From assembly GCA_965645245.1 (NCBI GenBank), contig OZ287080.1:1736001-1800000 (forward strand): a stretch of 64,000 bases of DNA, in the 5' to 3' direction. Source of the stretch: Massalongia carnosa (Eukaryota). This document shows, piece by piece, positions 35,460 to 47,935 of the stretch. The notes under the pieces were generated by a model that worked only from the letters and a program-made list of their open reading frames with translations, was not told the origin of the DNA and made no database searches. The translations under genes and the position numbers were made by a program. Each line of letters opens with the position of its first letter. The stretch's first letter is position 1.

Positions 35460-37987
35460 TTAGCTTACGCTTGCTGTTTTGAGCGCCGCTGTCACAATCT
35501 TAGCGATTGCCCATACTTTCTCTTCTTCGTGTTTTCTTGCCACAATCTGCACGCCGATGGGGGCTCCGTCGTAGACAGTTGGATCATCTATGTTTTCAGG
35601 AAAAATACGTTAGAAACTGCAATTTCAGATGCCCGTTCTCGTCAGATCTCGACTTACAAGCTTCCCAGTTCTTGCGATCAGTCTCATTGAGAGGCTTGTA
35701 GTCTTGATCGAAAACATCAATTTCCTTGTTCGCCGTAGAGACAGGAATAACGCAAGCATTATAGTTCAGGAGATTAATGCATTCTGTGTACCCTAACAAT
35801 TCCTGGAGTTAGACTCAAACGACTTGCAACATAAAACTTGAAAGAGAAGATCGAGCTTTACCGATGTGATAATACTTTCCAGGGATGACCGCAGCATGGG
35901 GAGCAACCGGCATGATCACCGCATCTACTATTTGTCCTTCAATGATGCCTTGAATTAGTAGCAACCCTGGCACCTAATAGCAGTGCACATAACTTACCAT
36001 CTTGATTTACGGTAGAGTTCCAGTAGTCCGAATAAGCGGCCTCATAATCTCTGCCTTGGATGGTGAGGTCCTGATATATTAACAAAGGGATCGGGTCTCG
36101 AAGCTGAAGCTTTTCTCGAAGTTGAGGGATCAGGGGTTCTCCGGAGAGGTCAAGCTGCTTATGGATGCCGTGCGCACCGTCCGCATTGAGAAATTTAAGC
36201 TGAATGGTTCGCTTGAATAAGCATAAGCTCTTCAGAATACAATGGAATCTTGCCTTACGTGGATTCTCTTCGCAGTGTCCTGCGGTGGCGGGTTCCATTC
36301 AACAATCTACCAAAACCTGTGTCAACGTGAGCCACACCAGACTCTTTTCACAAGTTAACGCACCTTGTGGCCAGCATTCCCTAAGATTTCGGACACAGTA
36401 CGTAGGCCTCTGCTAATCGGGGGATGCGGGCCTACAAAATTATCTGTCCAGAACACACCAAGTTTTAATGGGATCTGCTTATTGGCTGGACCATCTGCTG
36501 ATGCCCTCGCCAGCGTCGAGTCTACTATGTCTTGGCGCCATGGAATATTCGTGACCCACGGGTCGCGGAGCCACGGTTTGGTTAAGAGTACAGAGGTTAT
36601 AACGAGCTTCAAGGCATCAAGGGATGTACCTAGAACTCCAACCGCCGAAGGATACGCGTTTTGACCTGGATTCTGGAGTTGCGTAGAGGTTAAGCTAACA
36701 GCCTCGTTCAGGACGGAGAGAAAGAAGATGGTTGTTCTTACAGTATTCGCCACGTCCCTGTAAGAGAGCCTGTCAGGAGTTGGTTTCAAGGAATATATGC
36801 CGCAAAACGCAGCAGGTATCCGTACCGAACCACCTGAGCGCCGTTGTTAATCCTTACTAATTTGTTCGAAATCTTCCAATAGCACTCACCGATGTCCGTA
36901 CCCAGGCCTACGGTGCTTCCTCTTAGTGCTTGTAATGCCGCTTCGCCTATCCACAAACTCACATTTAGCAGTAAGTGACCCCTGTCACTATATTCAGCTT
37001 CGTACCTCCTGATGATCCGCCACAAGAGAGCAGCTGATTGACAGGATTCATAGTACACCCGATAAGGTTGTTGACTGTTTCACCAATCTATGGATGGGCA
37101 ACATACTCGACAATTAGTGCTGGTCAGGTCAATTGCACAGAGTCGTTCGTTACATACCAAGAGTGTTTGAGGCAGACTAGTCTTTTTGCAGATCAGTAAG
37201 CTTACGATACAGAACGGCTGGTGGGGATCACTTTGCAATACAAAATAGCCCCTAATGAAAGTAGCTCCTCGACTATCTGGCTTTCAACCCTTTTTACCTT
37301 ATCTGGACTCCTGTCGCCTTCGTAGCTTCCTATCCAGCCCACGTATCCCATTGTAGTATCGGTGTCTTTAACATGAAATTGGTCCTTGAGGCTAATCGGC
37401 AACCCATGGAGTGGACCCATGATCGAGCCATGTGATTTATAGTATTCGTCTAACTTCTTTGCTCGCTGAAACGCCTGCTCGAAAAAGATCTCGTGGAGGC
37501 AGTTGTTCTACATGAGGAACGATTAGCGATGGCAGGCAAGTGAACGCTGGAAAAGGAATAGGAGCCCAGGAGACAGACAACGGATGTCAGAACAACATAG
37601 TACGATATTATACTCACAATCTGATGCGCAATCGCCGCCGTCTTACAGAATGCTTGAGCCACCCGCAAAGCCGTATACTCACCGGTTTTGAGTTTTTCTA
37701 TAAGCAATGTGCTATCATTCCGTATAATACTTATATGTTCGTTGTTAAGAAAAGACTCTATAAAAGGACCGCTGATTTTTTTCATATGCTTGGCCTCATC
37801 AGGGCTGGATTGATCGAGCCTCCATTCGCTAGGTATTTTTGACTAGGTCTCCGCAACTTTTGCTTTTGCCTTGGCTTCCCAAGATTCTTCGTGAATGTGC
37901 AACGTAGTGTTCCTAGCGACGAAAAAGAGCCAATCAATTCGGGGGCTAATAGTCAGGCTTAGGAACTATCTTCGTCGGTGGATCCAT
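35460..37987 (-). pseudogene. Amidase-signature (acetamidase-like) gene with an apparent premature TAG; multi-exon, start uncertain
   Basis: GPLHGLPISLKDQF, GGSSGG/EAAL and GTDIG/GSVRIPAAF motifs. The N-terminus reads 'WEAKAKAKVAET*SKIPSEWRL' with TAG at 37843-37845. Confidence 0.78.
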
Positions 37988-39779
37988 ATTCTGAGCAGAA
38001 AATCTTGAGGTTTTGTGCTGATGTTTGTCCCTAACACTTGTGCGCCCTGCCCCGCACTCCGGTTGATGTGGTTGGCTGGCTTTAACTTATGTATCAGTCC
38101 TCTCGCCTGCAGAGGCTGTCATACAGCATTACGCAGACGCCGGATCGAAGCCAAAGGGTTGGATCTAACCATTGGTGTATTATATCTACCACGTACACGC
38201 CCCTAGATTGTTGATGAAGCAACCGGAGAAGGTGTTTACCCCAAACTTACCGAAAGGCGGATCGCAAAACCCTTTAGGGTAGCATAGAGCCAGATTTCCT
38301 ACCTATCAGGAGTGTGGGAAACCCAGCAAGTCAGAAACGCGAGATTACAAGGACGGTACCCTGAAAGTTAGAAAATCATGTCGGATGTTGAATGTATTAT
38401 CAATAGCAAGGGATATAGAATGCAAATACTATTTAGGATCCAAAGCTCCATGGCGATGGTGTCAGATGTTCTAAGGCAAAAACGCGAGCAATAGTCGGAA
38501 ACAGAAAGACGAGAATCTTGCTGGCTCCTCCTCCAAAACTCAAGCGACCGAGAGATCTTGATCACACAAATTTTGCGGTTGTTTGATGTGAGCTAGATCT
38601 GCTTTATGTTGACCTTTCTGTGCCATACTCCAGACAATTTCATTGGATGTCGATTCCTCGGTTGGGGTGCTTTGGTTTCTGACCGTAGTCAGATCTTTTT
38701 GATTCTGCAATCACGTCGAGATCTTGTTTATATGTGGTTTGTTCAAGCCTATCAACAGACCAAAAGATAAAATTCAAGGGTAGGGTGAATAATAGCAACA
38801 ATACTCCTCCTGCCTCCCCCGGGGATACTTCAAGTTGATTTTCTTAATTTGTCTGATAAGGGATTCTAGAAGTACGAGCATAAGTAGAGATTGGAAGGAG
38901 CTAATAATCGCAATAGTGGAGACAGGAACAAATTTACATTGAGAAAGTAGTAATCTGAACTCCTATTGCACCAATTTTACAATATTTCCCGAGGCCTCTA
39001 CGAAGAACGGCTCTTGCTTCGGACGTCACGTCGGCCAGATTTAGAAGTTTGAACGAGGTACAGGGCTTGCAGTTTATGATGATGCGTTCGAGAGATTTTG
39101 GAGAGCGATAATTTTTGCTAAATATCCTCCCCCTTTTCCCTCTAAATTCGCCGTTAATCTCCAGGATCGGCACCGAAGGCGGGGAGAAGCCCGAATGCGC
39201 TGGTTCAGCAAACTAATAGTTAATCGAGGATGCCTCCCCACTCATAGCACCTTCATCCTCCTCTGCTCGGTACTTTTTCTATCACTCTGGCTCCGGGTTC
39301 ACCGACATTGGGGAAGGGTCTATCTCGAGTGGTTTCTCGAGCAGTGACGCTTCTAACCGAACTTCTTGGGCTATTGATTATGGGGGAGTCTTTTCCATAT
39401 CCGGCTGGCGGATATAACGCATCTCCTGATAAAAGAAATGCGTTTTCCAGTCCGTTACGAGTGTTTAATGTGTGGTTATAACATGTCTTTCATGCTCATA
39501 CAATTTCTGAGTTTAGGAGAACCCGACGTCCAGTCGCGTGTCCGGTTTTCTCATTTCGAGGCATATACACGCACCCCCCCTCTATGACTCCTTTCCAACA
39601 ACGGTAAGCTGGTAAGACTAGTAGCAGTTACGCATGTGGAACTAGTATATAAGGCCCTATCGAGTTGTCTTTTCTTAACGCAGCTCTTCCCAGGTAGTCC
39701 ATAATAGTATTCATGATGCTATAGGCTTGTTTAGTATGAACTATACGCTTCTAAGGCCTTGCCATTGCCTTACGGTCGA

Positions 39780-40760
39780 TCAAAAGGAAACCAGACTTTT
39801 ATCAAACCAGTCTCTAAATACCGTATTCGCCCAATGTCGAAGTATCTTTAGTGCGGCAAGAACTTTGTAGATGCCGAGGATCGTGTCCGTAGCTCCAATG
39901 TGAACTCTACCATATAGAATCTTAATAGTCAGCCAATGGTGAGAAGCAAAGAAGTGAGAAACGTATACCGTCTTGCTGTCTCGTTGCACTGCCAGAATTG
40001 CGAATCAATCGTGTTCTTTGATATATATTAACGGTAGCACCATCATTTCACAAGTCACGCCGGATCGCAGAATGATTAATTGCAGTCGCTTAAAATGCGC
40101 CACAACCCATACTGATAACTGAGTTGCAGCCTCGGATTCGCTCCCTCCTATCTTCGTCTCAATGCTGATAGCAATTGGTCGGAATCGAACTGGTTCGAAC
40201 GAGGTATGATTGATGTAATGAGAATTGACCAGTTCCAGTCGCAAAGTTTCACGCATTCGCTTGAACATAGGCTCGGCTGAGTCAGGTTCGAGGCATATGT
40301 CATAGTCCACCATCTTCCCCTGCAACGAAGCCCCACTTAAACTCGATGGATTGAAGGCTCGAGGATGGATCCTTGCCGTAGTACTATTTATTGGTTAGAT
40401 GCGCTATCTCAAATCTCGGAACACAAGAGGTATGTGATGTAAGGAGGGCAAGCGCATGATATGAGGAAGCATACATGTTCTGGAAAGCGACTGCCGTCTG
40501 ACCTTCCAGAGCCAACTCAATGACGCGAGAATAAACCTGTTCGTTCCACCCCGGCTCGGCATCTTGTAGGTCTCTGCACATCTGCGCCTTCCTCAAAATC
40601 CGTTTCACTTGTATCAGTTCAGCATGGCGATCTAGGGTGAAGGTGAGAGCTCCATACGAGGTGTACCTTGTCACAGCTCGTATGGAGGTAGCTAAGCGAG
40701 GCCGACGATTACGTCATGCTTTGGGGAGCTCACGAAGACTTTCTGGGAAGAAAACTTCAT
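39780..40760 (-). pseudogene. Fungal PD-(D/E)XK nuclease-like gene remnant
   Basis: 'KMVDY...INHTSF.P....PIAISIETK...QLSVW..AH...LPLI....HD*' matches the fungal PD-(D/E)XK nuclease-like family. TGA at 40005-40007 where Trp is expected. 5' part missing. Confidence 0.65.
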
Positions 40761-40883
40761 TATGTACAAATTTGGCCCAAGGTAGTCGGCAGTTATTTAT
40801 TCTCTGATAAAAGGAGTTGCAATGTTTTATACGGATATTTTCTTGGCTTGAAATGTGCAATGTCGTAATTTCTGAACAATATC

Positions 40884-43800
40884 TCAAATGCCCGCCGTCT
40901 CCCAGTTCGAGTTGATACGACTTTCGTCAATGGTCTTCATGTTCGTCCAGTCATCCGCCAGCTTTCTAGTTCCCTTACTTTCGTCATCCCAACTTTCGAT
41001 GATAAACGCACAGCGCTCGAGGTTTTTCCTTTGCATAAAATCAGTTGTTTGAGATAGCTTAGCCCACACCGTTTTTACAGCGGAATCTCGACTCCCTTCA
41101 GTTAGATGTGCTCCCTTCTTGACTAGATTTTTAACAGCGTGGACGTTACCTGTCGAAGCTGCTATATCTAATGCGTTCGCGTTAGGAAGAATCCCATTAG
41201 AGCGAAAATTGAGCTGGGAGGGCTCTTGACCCAAATAACGAAGGATAGTCAAGAAAATGCCCATGACTTCGATTTTCATGGCATGGGCGCGTGGAAGAGG
41301 TAGAGCGGCTGTAAGCTGTAGTGCGCTGATCTGCTTTTTCTTGTTAACGAAGAAAGATTCTTGATAAAATTTGTCGCGCTTTGTGCAGTATTTAAATAAG
41401 AATTTGATGGCGCCTAGATTGATAGCGTTGATACAGAGGCCGAGGATATTGAAACCTTCTTTGTTGACGGCAAGAGGATAGGCGCCCTTCTCAATAAGGA
41501 GACCTGTTAGATCCCATTTCCGATTCAGCACGGCGTCCATCCATGGAGTGATTCCGTCTTCATCGGGCGGGTCAAGTAGGGCACCTAGGTTAAGGAGGCG
41601 CGGTGCAAATTCCTGCGATGCAAGGCTATGATCCGGTATCTTAGCGCAGAGGTGAAGAAGAGTTTTCTGTCGATCATACAAACTGATGACTGGAACGCCG
41701 TAGTCGAGAAGAGTGTTATACAAGGGGGTGTTAAAGCTTGTTACGCTGTCCCGAAGTAAATCTGTCAAATAAAATGGTTTGACAGCATTAATTTTGATAA
41801 AATCAATCTGTACGTCAGTATTCATTCGCCCTATGGTGAGTATTATAGTCAGTCTTGCCCTGTACATGACATAAGCCGAGTCCCAAAGCATGCATAGAGT
41901 AACTAAGAAAATGTAAACGAGCCCTCTGTCGTAGACCAATTTGGTCTCCCAAGTCGCGGGGTCAATGAGAAAATAGATCCAAAGCTGCAGACATACCATA
42001 AGGAGATCTGATGCTAGATCTTAATGCTGGAAGCAAAAGACTCGTGAAATCCTCGGCCTCAGGAAATAGTGTATTCCAGTCCTTTAAAAACTGCAACGTC
42101 TCTCCGGCTGCCATCGTCCAGCGCTCTCCGTGTCTAGTCATTCGCTTGAATCGGCTCTCTCCACCTGCCGCCGCTTCGATGAGCCGGCCAATGTGGCCAC
42201 GAATCTGAGCTGGACGAGTGTTCTCCATTAGGTACCGTAGGTGAGTAAGTAGATGTAGTCTCGCAGCGATGGACAGTGCATCATCACCATTATCTGTAGA
42301 CACCAGAGATTCAGCTCCGAGTTGGATTAAAATCTTACAATGTTCTAAATGACCCCCGTACACAGCCCACATCAACGGGGTACCCCCAATGGTAGTTCCG
42401 GGTTTGGCTACAGCGTTCACATTTGCCCCAGCCTTGATCAATCGGAGACCTAGATCGTAGGCTTTCGCGATGTCCCAAGAGGACAAAAAATGCAGAGGAG
42501 AGACACCATCCTCGGATGTCATAAGTTTCGCAGAATCTGACAACTTATGGAGAACGTCATAGTTACAATTTTCTGCTGCGGCTAGAGGACTCCACATTGC
42601 TTGAGCGTTTGCTGCGCTAGGGGTCGATTTTTTCGTGTCTAGGTCCTGTTGAGCAGTAACATGCGCCAAGACGTCGTCCTCATCAAATTCAGAGGCCCAT
42701 GACGAACTGAGTATTGCGCTAGATTCATCGGCTCTTAACTCAGATTCCCGGGAAGTCAGTGGATCTGCATTGGATGCTAGGAAAATCTTTGGAAGCGCTT
42801 CATGTGCATTCTGGGATCCTCCTTCAGCGGCGAAAGAAAGCCATTTTAGGCACTCATCAGGTAAAAAAGGGACGCCGAATGAATTGGCATAGCATAATGC
42901 TAGTTGATAAGCAGCAGCGATTTCTTTTCCTTCCTTTTTATCCCCGGATTGATCAATCAGACCTTCTGCATAATCTTTGAAGCCGGATGCTATCAGTTTT
43001 TTGATTAGAGGACTACAATTTGCGAATTCAGAATTCCATTTCTCTAGATCGAGGAGCTGAGCATCTATATCTGCTGGTATGCGTGACGGTGCCACGGCAT
43101 GCCGTGGTTGAAACCAGTTATTTGGTGTCAGCAATCTGATTATCCGGGTCATATCAAGCTCTCTTTTGGCAGGGTCGTTAACCAGGGTAATGCTCACAAT
43201 CTCACAGAGCATCTCTAGCTGGGGCCGAGTAAATTTTGCAGATAAAGCTAGAGATATACAAACGTGCTGGACCAGTTGATCCTGGCATTTTAGCGCAGCA
43301 ATTGCGTCGTTCCGCTTTTGTCGTTGCTCCTTGCTACTACCTACAAATCCTCCCAGCGAGTCGAATGGATTACCATCGAGAAAGACTCTCCAGATCAACA
43401 TCCCAAAACTATACACATCGGTTCGTTTTGCCTCTTCGAGCTTGAAGAACACTCCACGGGAGCACTCAGGTGCCTGCCATGGTCGGCTACCACCAAGTAA
43501 GATTTCTCCATCAGGGAGTCGGATAGCGCCAAAGTCTGTTAATTTGCAACAAAGGTTGAACCCTAGGGCCTTGGCGTAAGTATGAAGTTACAACAAGTCG
43601 CTGGAAGGCCCACCTTTGTCCTGACTTGTATTGGAGCGCCCTTCAGCTTCGAATACCAAAACATTCTCACCCTTGACATCTCCATGCACAATATCTAAAG
43701 GTATTGACGATCAGCAGCAGTCTTAATGAGTGCTATTGGTATGCGAAAGCCTTCAAATCATAGACGATGGACGGAGATTGAGGGGGGAGATAAAGCAACG

Positions 43801-44540
43801 ACCTAAAGAGAAGCACATTTATCGGCGGAAAATATTAAATAAATATTCAGAGACTACAGAAAAGACCGGAGCTGCAGAGAAGATTAGAGAAAGAACCGCT
43901 AACCGCAAGCATGGAGTATTTCAAGGCCATGGGCAACGTCAAGGCACATTGACATCTTGTCCTCAAACTTTAGCGGACGGTCCTCTTTCCTTGCTATCTC
44001 TAGCACCTCTGCCAAGTTTCCGAGCTCAGCCACCTCGAGTACCAGGACAGGTATTGCATTTTGTGGAGTCCCTAATCCTGTATTTTCTGTCTCGAAGGCC
44101 AATCCAAGGAGTTTGACAATATTTGGGTGAGCTAATAGCGGTGCATGTTGCATCGTGACCAGTTCGTTGAAAAGAGCACGGATGCGGTCTTGGATGGGAT
44201 GCATATCCCCACCAAGCACTGCTCGCTTGAACGCTACTATCATGCCTTGAGGAAACACCGTTCCAGCCACAGGATCAACATAGGTCTCCGGTAGTTCCGC
44301 GCCATTGACGAGGAACGAAGCACCCTGGCCAAGGACGGAGCGTATGTCGGGCTTGGTGACAGGAAGGATGGGTATATTACGGGTTTTGACATAGGAGAGA
44401 AAGCATAGCAAATTGTCATGCAACGTTGTAGCCAATGTCGAGTAGATGGCCGGGTGAAGGGTAGCGCCGGGAACGCTGGAGCTTTTGATCCGACGGGAAC
44501 GGAGTGGAAATGTTGTCGTGTATGTTTCGAAATGATCCAT
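40884..44540 (-). CDS. Ser/Thr protein kinase-SEL1-ankyrin repeat protein (~1076 aa; exons 44540-43904, 43694-43614, 43562-41997, 41830-40884)
   Basis: The spliced frame is open. It has GQGASF, VAFK, HGDVKGENVL, DFG, PWQAPE and DVYSFG, a SEL1-like segment 'AYQLALCYANSFGV', and ankyrin repeats (SPLHF, TPLMWAV, TLLHLCA, TPWMDAV, NALDIAA). Confidence 0.87.
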
Positions 44541-45103
44541 ATCGGTGGTAGAATAAAGCCTTCGCAAGACGGTTGGAGTTGGAGTAAAACAACAAAATTC
44601 GAGGGGGTCCACCCCGCCACACAAGATAAAGTCGCTTCCATTTCTCTCCAATCGCACTAATGGGGGTATAGAACCTGTACTGAACGAAAATGGCAAGGAT
44701 TATCGCTAGACTGGACATTTTCAGACCTTGGGCACTCTTACTGACTGGCGGCGACTCGGCAACAGCGTCTCGGATGTAGATCATAGCCAAAATGAGCGTC
44801 TGAGCCTTATGGATTCCAACATGAACGTGTTGAGAGGTTTTGGCCGAGGCCACAACGCCAAGACGATCTTTCCCCTTTCGTCCTAGAGTATAATGCTCCT
44901 GAGTGGGATGCTGCGATGCACCCCATTTGCCGTTCACAGCAGTAAGACTTTCGTAGCTAAGGTATATTTCTAATTGGATTACCATATGAGTGGGATGGTC
45001 ATAACGGACTTCATCTACTTTCCATCGCGCTACTCCAGAGTACTCGAATTTATCTTCTTCTAACCTCACTCTCAAAGTGTGACTTTGTAGAATCATTATA
45101 AAT

Positions 45104-46856
45104 ATGGATCCGACAGGACTGAGCCTCGGTGTTATATCAGCCGTGATCCAAACGTATACAGCTGTGACGGCGGCATACGATTTATACCTTGAAGTCAAAG
45201 ACTTTCCTTCAACATTCCAAGAGCTGCGCATGGGCTTGCTGATTGAACGCTATAAATTGGAATTGTGGGCAAATCACGTCCTATCCGACGCTGAGCAAGA
45301 CCGGGTAAAAAGGTCTTCGCAGGACTGGGGCCTTTGGAAGCTCTTTGAGTCGATTTTTAACAAGATCCTAGAAGCCTTTCAAGAACACAACGAGATAATG
45401 GAGAATTACGGGCAACATACCGGGTTGCCTAAGAAAGATGGACTTTCAGGTAATGCGTCAGATTTGACTTTTTGATGCCAGACATCACTCTAAAATCTGT
45501 GAAGATTGGGAGTTTCTTGAAAACCTGTCCCTTTCCGTCAAATCTCCACCGAAGAATAAAATCACCCGCATTTCGCGAACCATCAAGTTCGTCCTCCGAG
45601 ATAAACGAAAGATGGAGCAGCTCATCAAACAGCTAAATTATTGGAATGACAGTCTGGACAAAATGACTTCGAAACTGGACCAAGAGTCATCGCGTCGGAA
45701 ACTCAGGACGTACTTCTCGACTGATGACGCCACGCAGCTCCAATACCTGGAAGCTGCTGCAGCGCTATTCAATCATCAAGATCTAGGACGGATGGCTAGC
45801 GTACGAACTTTAATCGACCAAGGATATCGCGGCGAGAAGTCGCAAGACCTAGAAGCAAGTCTGAATCCAGCCCCGGAATATCGTCTCATGATGGAGCACT
45901 TGCAATGGCAATGCATACCTTACCAGACGGATCAGGTTCGTGCTATGGCAAAGCTTGGAGACGAAAACATTATCGTTGACTGGCGAGGCTGCCAAGATAA
46001 TACCTGGCGGCGGGAGAACCCTTCTGCATTCCGGCGCCGGACCGAGAACCTGACAAAGATCCTGAATTCCGACCTTAGGCCCCTGGGCATTTCCGTTCTC
46101 CACTGCGTAGGCTATCTTGACCAAAACATAAATATTACCGGCTACGCTTTCCGTTTACCGCCAGATGTTCCACCCGGCCAGAATCCCATGACTCTCCATC
46201 AACTTCTGATGCGCGCCAAGTCAGCCAACGATATTCCAGATCTAGGCGAGCGTTTTGACTTGGCCAAAGCTCTGACCTCGACCGTTTTTGAAATCCATAA
46301 CCTTGGCTGGGTGCATAAGAACATACAACCCAAAAACATCCTGTTCTGGCCGAAACCCAACACCACAGATGAACCCGATTTGCGGAAACCGTATTTAATG
46401 GGTTTTGACATCTCTCGCCCCAGCCAGCCAGGCGAAGTGTCCGAGAAGCCTCCTTCTCGCCCGGAGGACGATTTATACCGACATCCTGAATACATAGGCT
46501 TAAATCCTCAATCCTTCCAGCCGTCGTTCGATTTGTACAGCTTAGGTGTAATCCTGTACGAAATCGGCTTGTGGCGAAATGTTGCCCAGCAAAAGCACTC
46601 GAGCAGCTTACGGCCATCTCTTCACACACAGAAATCAGATCCACAATTCGTTGAGAAGATGGTCCAAAGTGGATCAATCCTGGAGTTGAAACGATACACC
46701 GGTTTACATTTTCAGAACGCTGTTGCGGCTTGCTTAAGCAAAGACTTTGATGCCTTTTGGGCGGAGCCACAGGGAAATCGCCAGCAGAAGTTGCAAGCGT
46801 ATTTGGGCCAGCTTCAAGCAGAGGTTGTTGATGCAGTTGCTGTTTGTAATGCATAA
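45104..46856 (+). CDS. HeLo (prion-inhibition and propagation) domain + pseudokinase protein (~565 aa; intron 45450-45504)
   Basis: HeLo-type N-terminus 'MDPTGLSLGVISAV...LLIERYKLELW' and 'IKFVLRDKRKMEQLIKQLNYWNDSL'. Kinase-like C-lobe 'HKNIQPKNILF', 'LMGFDISR', 'LYRHPEY' and 'DLYSLGVILYEIGLW'. Confidence 0.87.
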
Positions 46857-47459
46857 GTCGGAAACGGTACAAAATTTTCATGTATGCTTTATCATGAGAA
46901 TTAGCTGAGGAAGAGTTGATCGTTATTGGTCGCGGATTCTATACTCGTTAGCTCGTAGAAGCAACTAGATCCGTCCCTTGCCAACCGGATTCCAATGTCC
47001 ATCAACGTAGGGATCGAATACTCTTCACTTCATGGTTTAGTCGGCTTCTCTAAGCCACTCTAGGAGTATCAAGCACCTTACCCCAACGCTTCCGCGAAAC
47101 ACACCCTCACAAATCACGTATCCACCACCCAGCTCTACCTTGCGTGACTCCAATTATCATTATCGCAACCTATCCATTTAGTCATTCGTTATTCTCCGCA
47201 ATAGTGCCGTGCTAGTACGGGGTACAAAATATAGTACAAAGAAATACATAACGTAATTCACTAGTCAACGGGGACAAACCGCTCAACGGGACTAACAAAT
47301 TTCTCAACCTAGGTATTTGATCAAGTTTCAAAAAATTTTATTTTCACAACACAAGATTTTAACATGAAACAAATTTTAATATTTAATGGCGAAATTTTAT
47401 TCGTAACGAATTTTTTATGTGATAAAACATAACTTGTAACATATTATAGTATTTAAAAA

Positions 47460-47785
47460 TAAAACTTGGACGCCACCGAACCCAAAAAGATCACGAAAAT
47501 ACTGAAGCGACCAGAACAGGCCATTTCGACCAGGACGGTGTCAAACAAAGGACTCTAGAACCGAGGTTAAGCCGACTCCCGAAGAAAAGCCGATAGAGAT
47601 GGCGATGATAGAGGCGCTGCGTACCGACTGCTGTCCAAGCAAAAGAACGTTGAGCTATTCTCTATTTCTTTGAAAGACATCGAGTACCAGCTGAACAAGA
47701 AAAACCGCCCACCCACTGACCCGAAGACCATAGTCCCCCCGAAATACCATGAAGTTCTGAACGTCTTTTCAAAGGCTGCATCTAG
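47460..47785 (+). mobile_element. Degenerate Ty3/Gypsy pol fragment
   Basis: Translates as 'DPKTIVPPKYHEVLNVFSKAAS', homologous to the pre-RT region of elements A and B (PKQYHEFLDVFSK). Confidence 0.6.
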
Positions 47786-47935
47786 AAGCTTCTAAAAGGA
47801 TGTTAACACCCGAGCTGGGCGAAAGGTTCGACGAGCGTAATAAGTTATTTGCGCTTACGTCTCCTCATTGTTTGTAAGATACAAAGAGCGAATGCCCGAC
47901 CTATCCCAAACTCCCTTCTGCACTGGCTATCTTAG

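Noticed and set aside
38000..39770. Short ORFs between the amidase and the nuclease remnant
   Set aside because: No recognisable motifs or consistent exon structure.
44416..45231. 271-aa minus-strand ORF across the divergent promoter
   Set aside because: It overlaps both real genes, starts at a non-ATG codon and shows no recognisable motif.
46700..46856. Amyloid signalling motif (HET-s/PP/sigma) at the HeLo protein C-terminus
   Set aside because: The C-terminus is an ordinary helical kinase C-lobe ending, with no N/G/Q-rich pseudo-repeats.
46135..46881. 248-aa antisense ORF
   Set aside because: Shadow of the HeLo-pseudokinase exon with no domain features.
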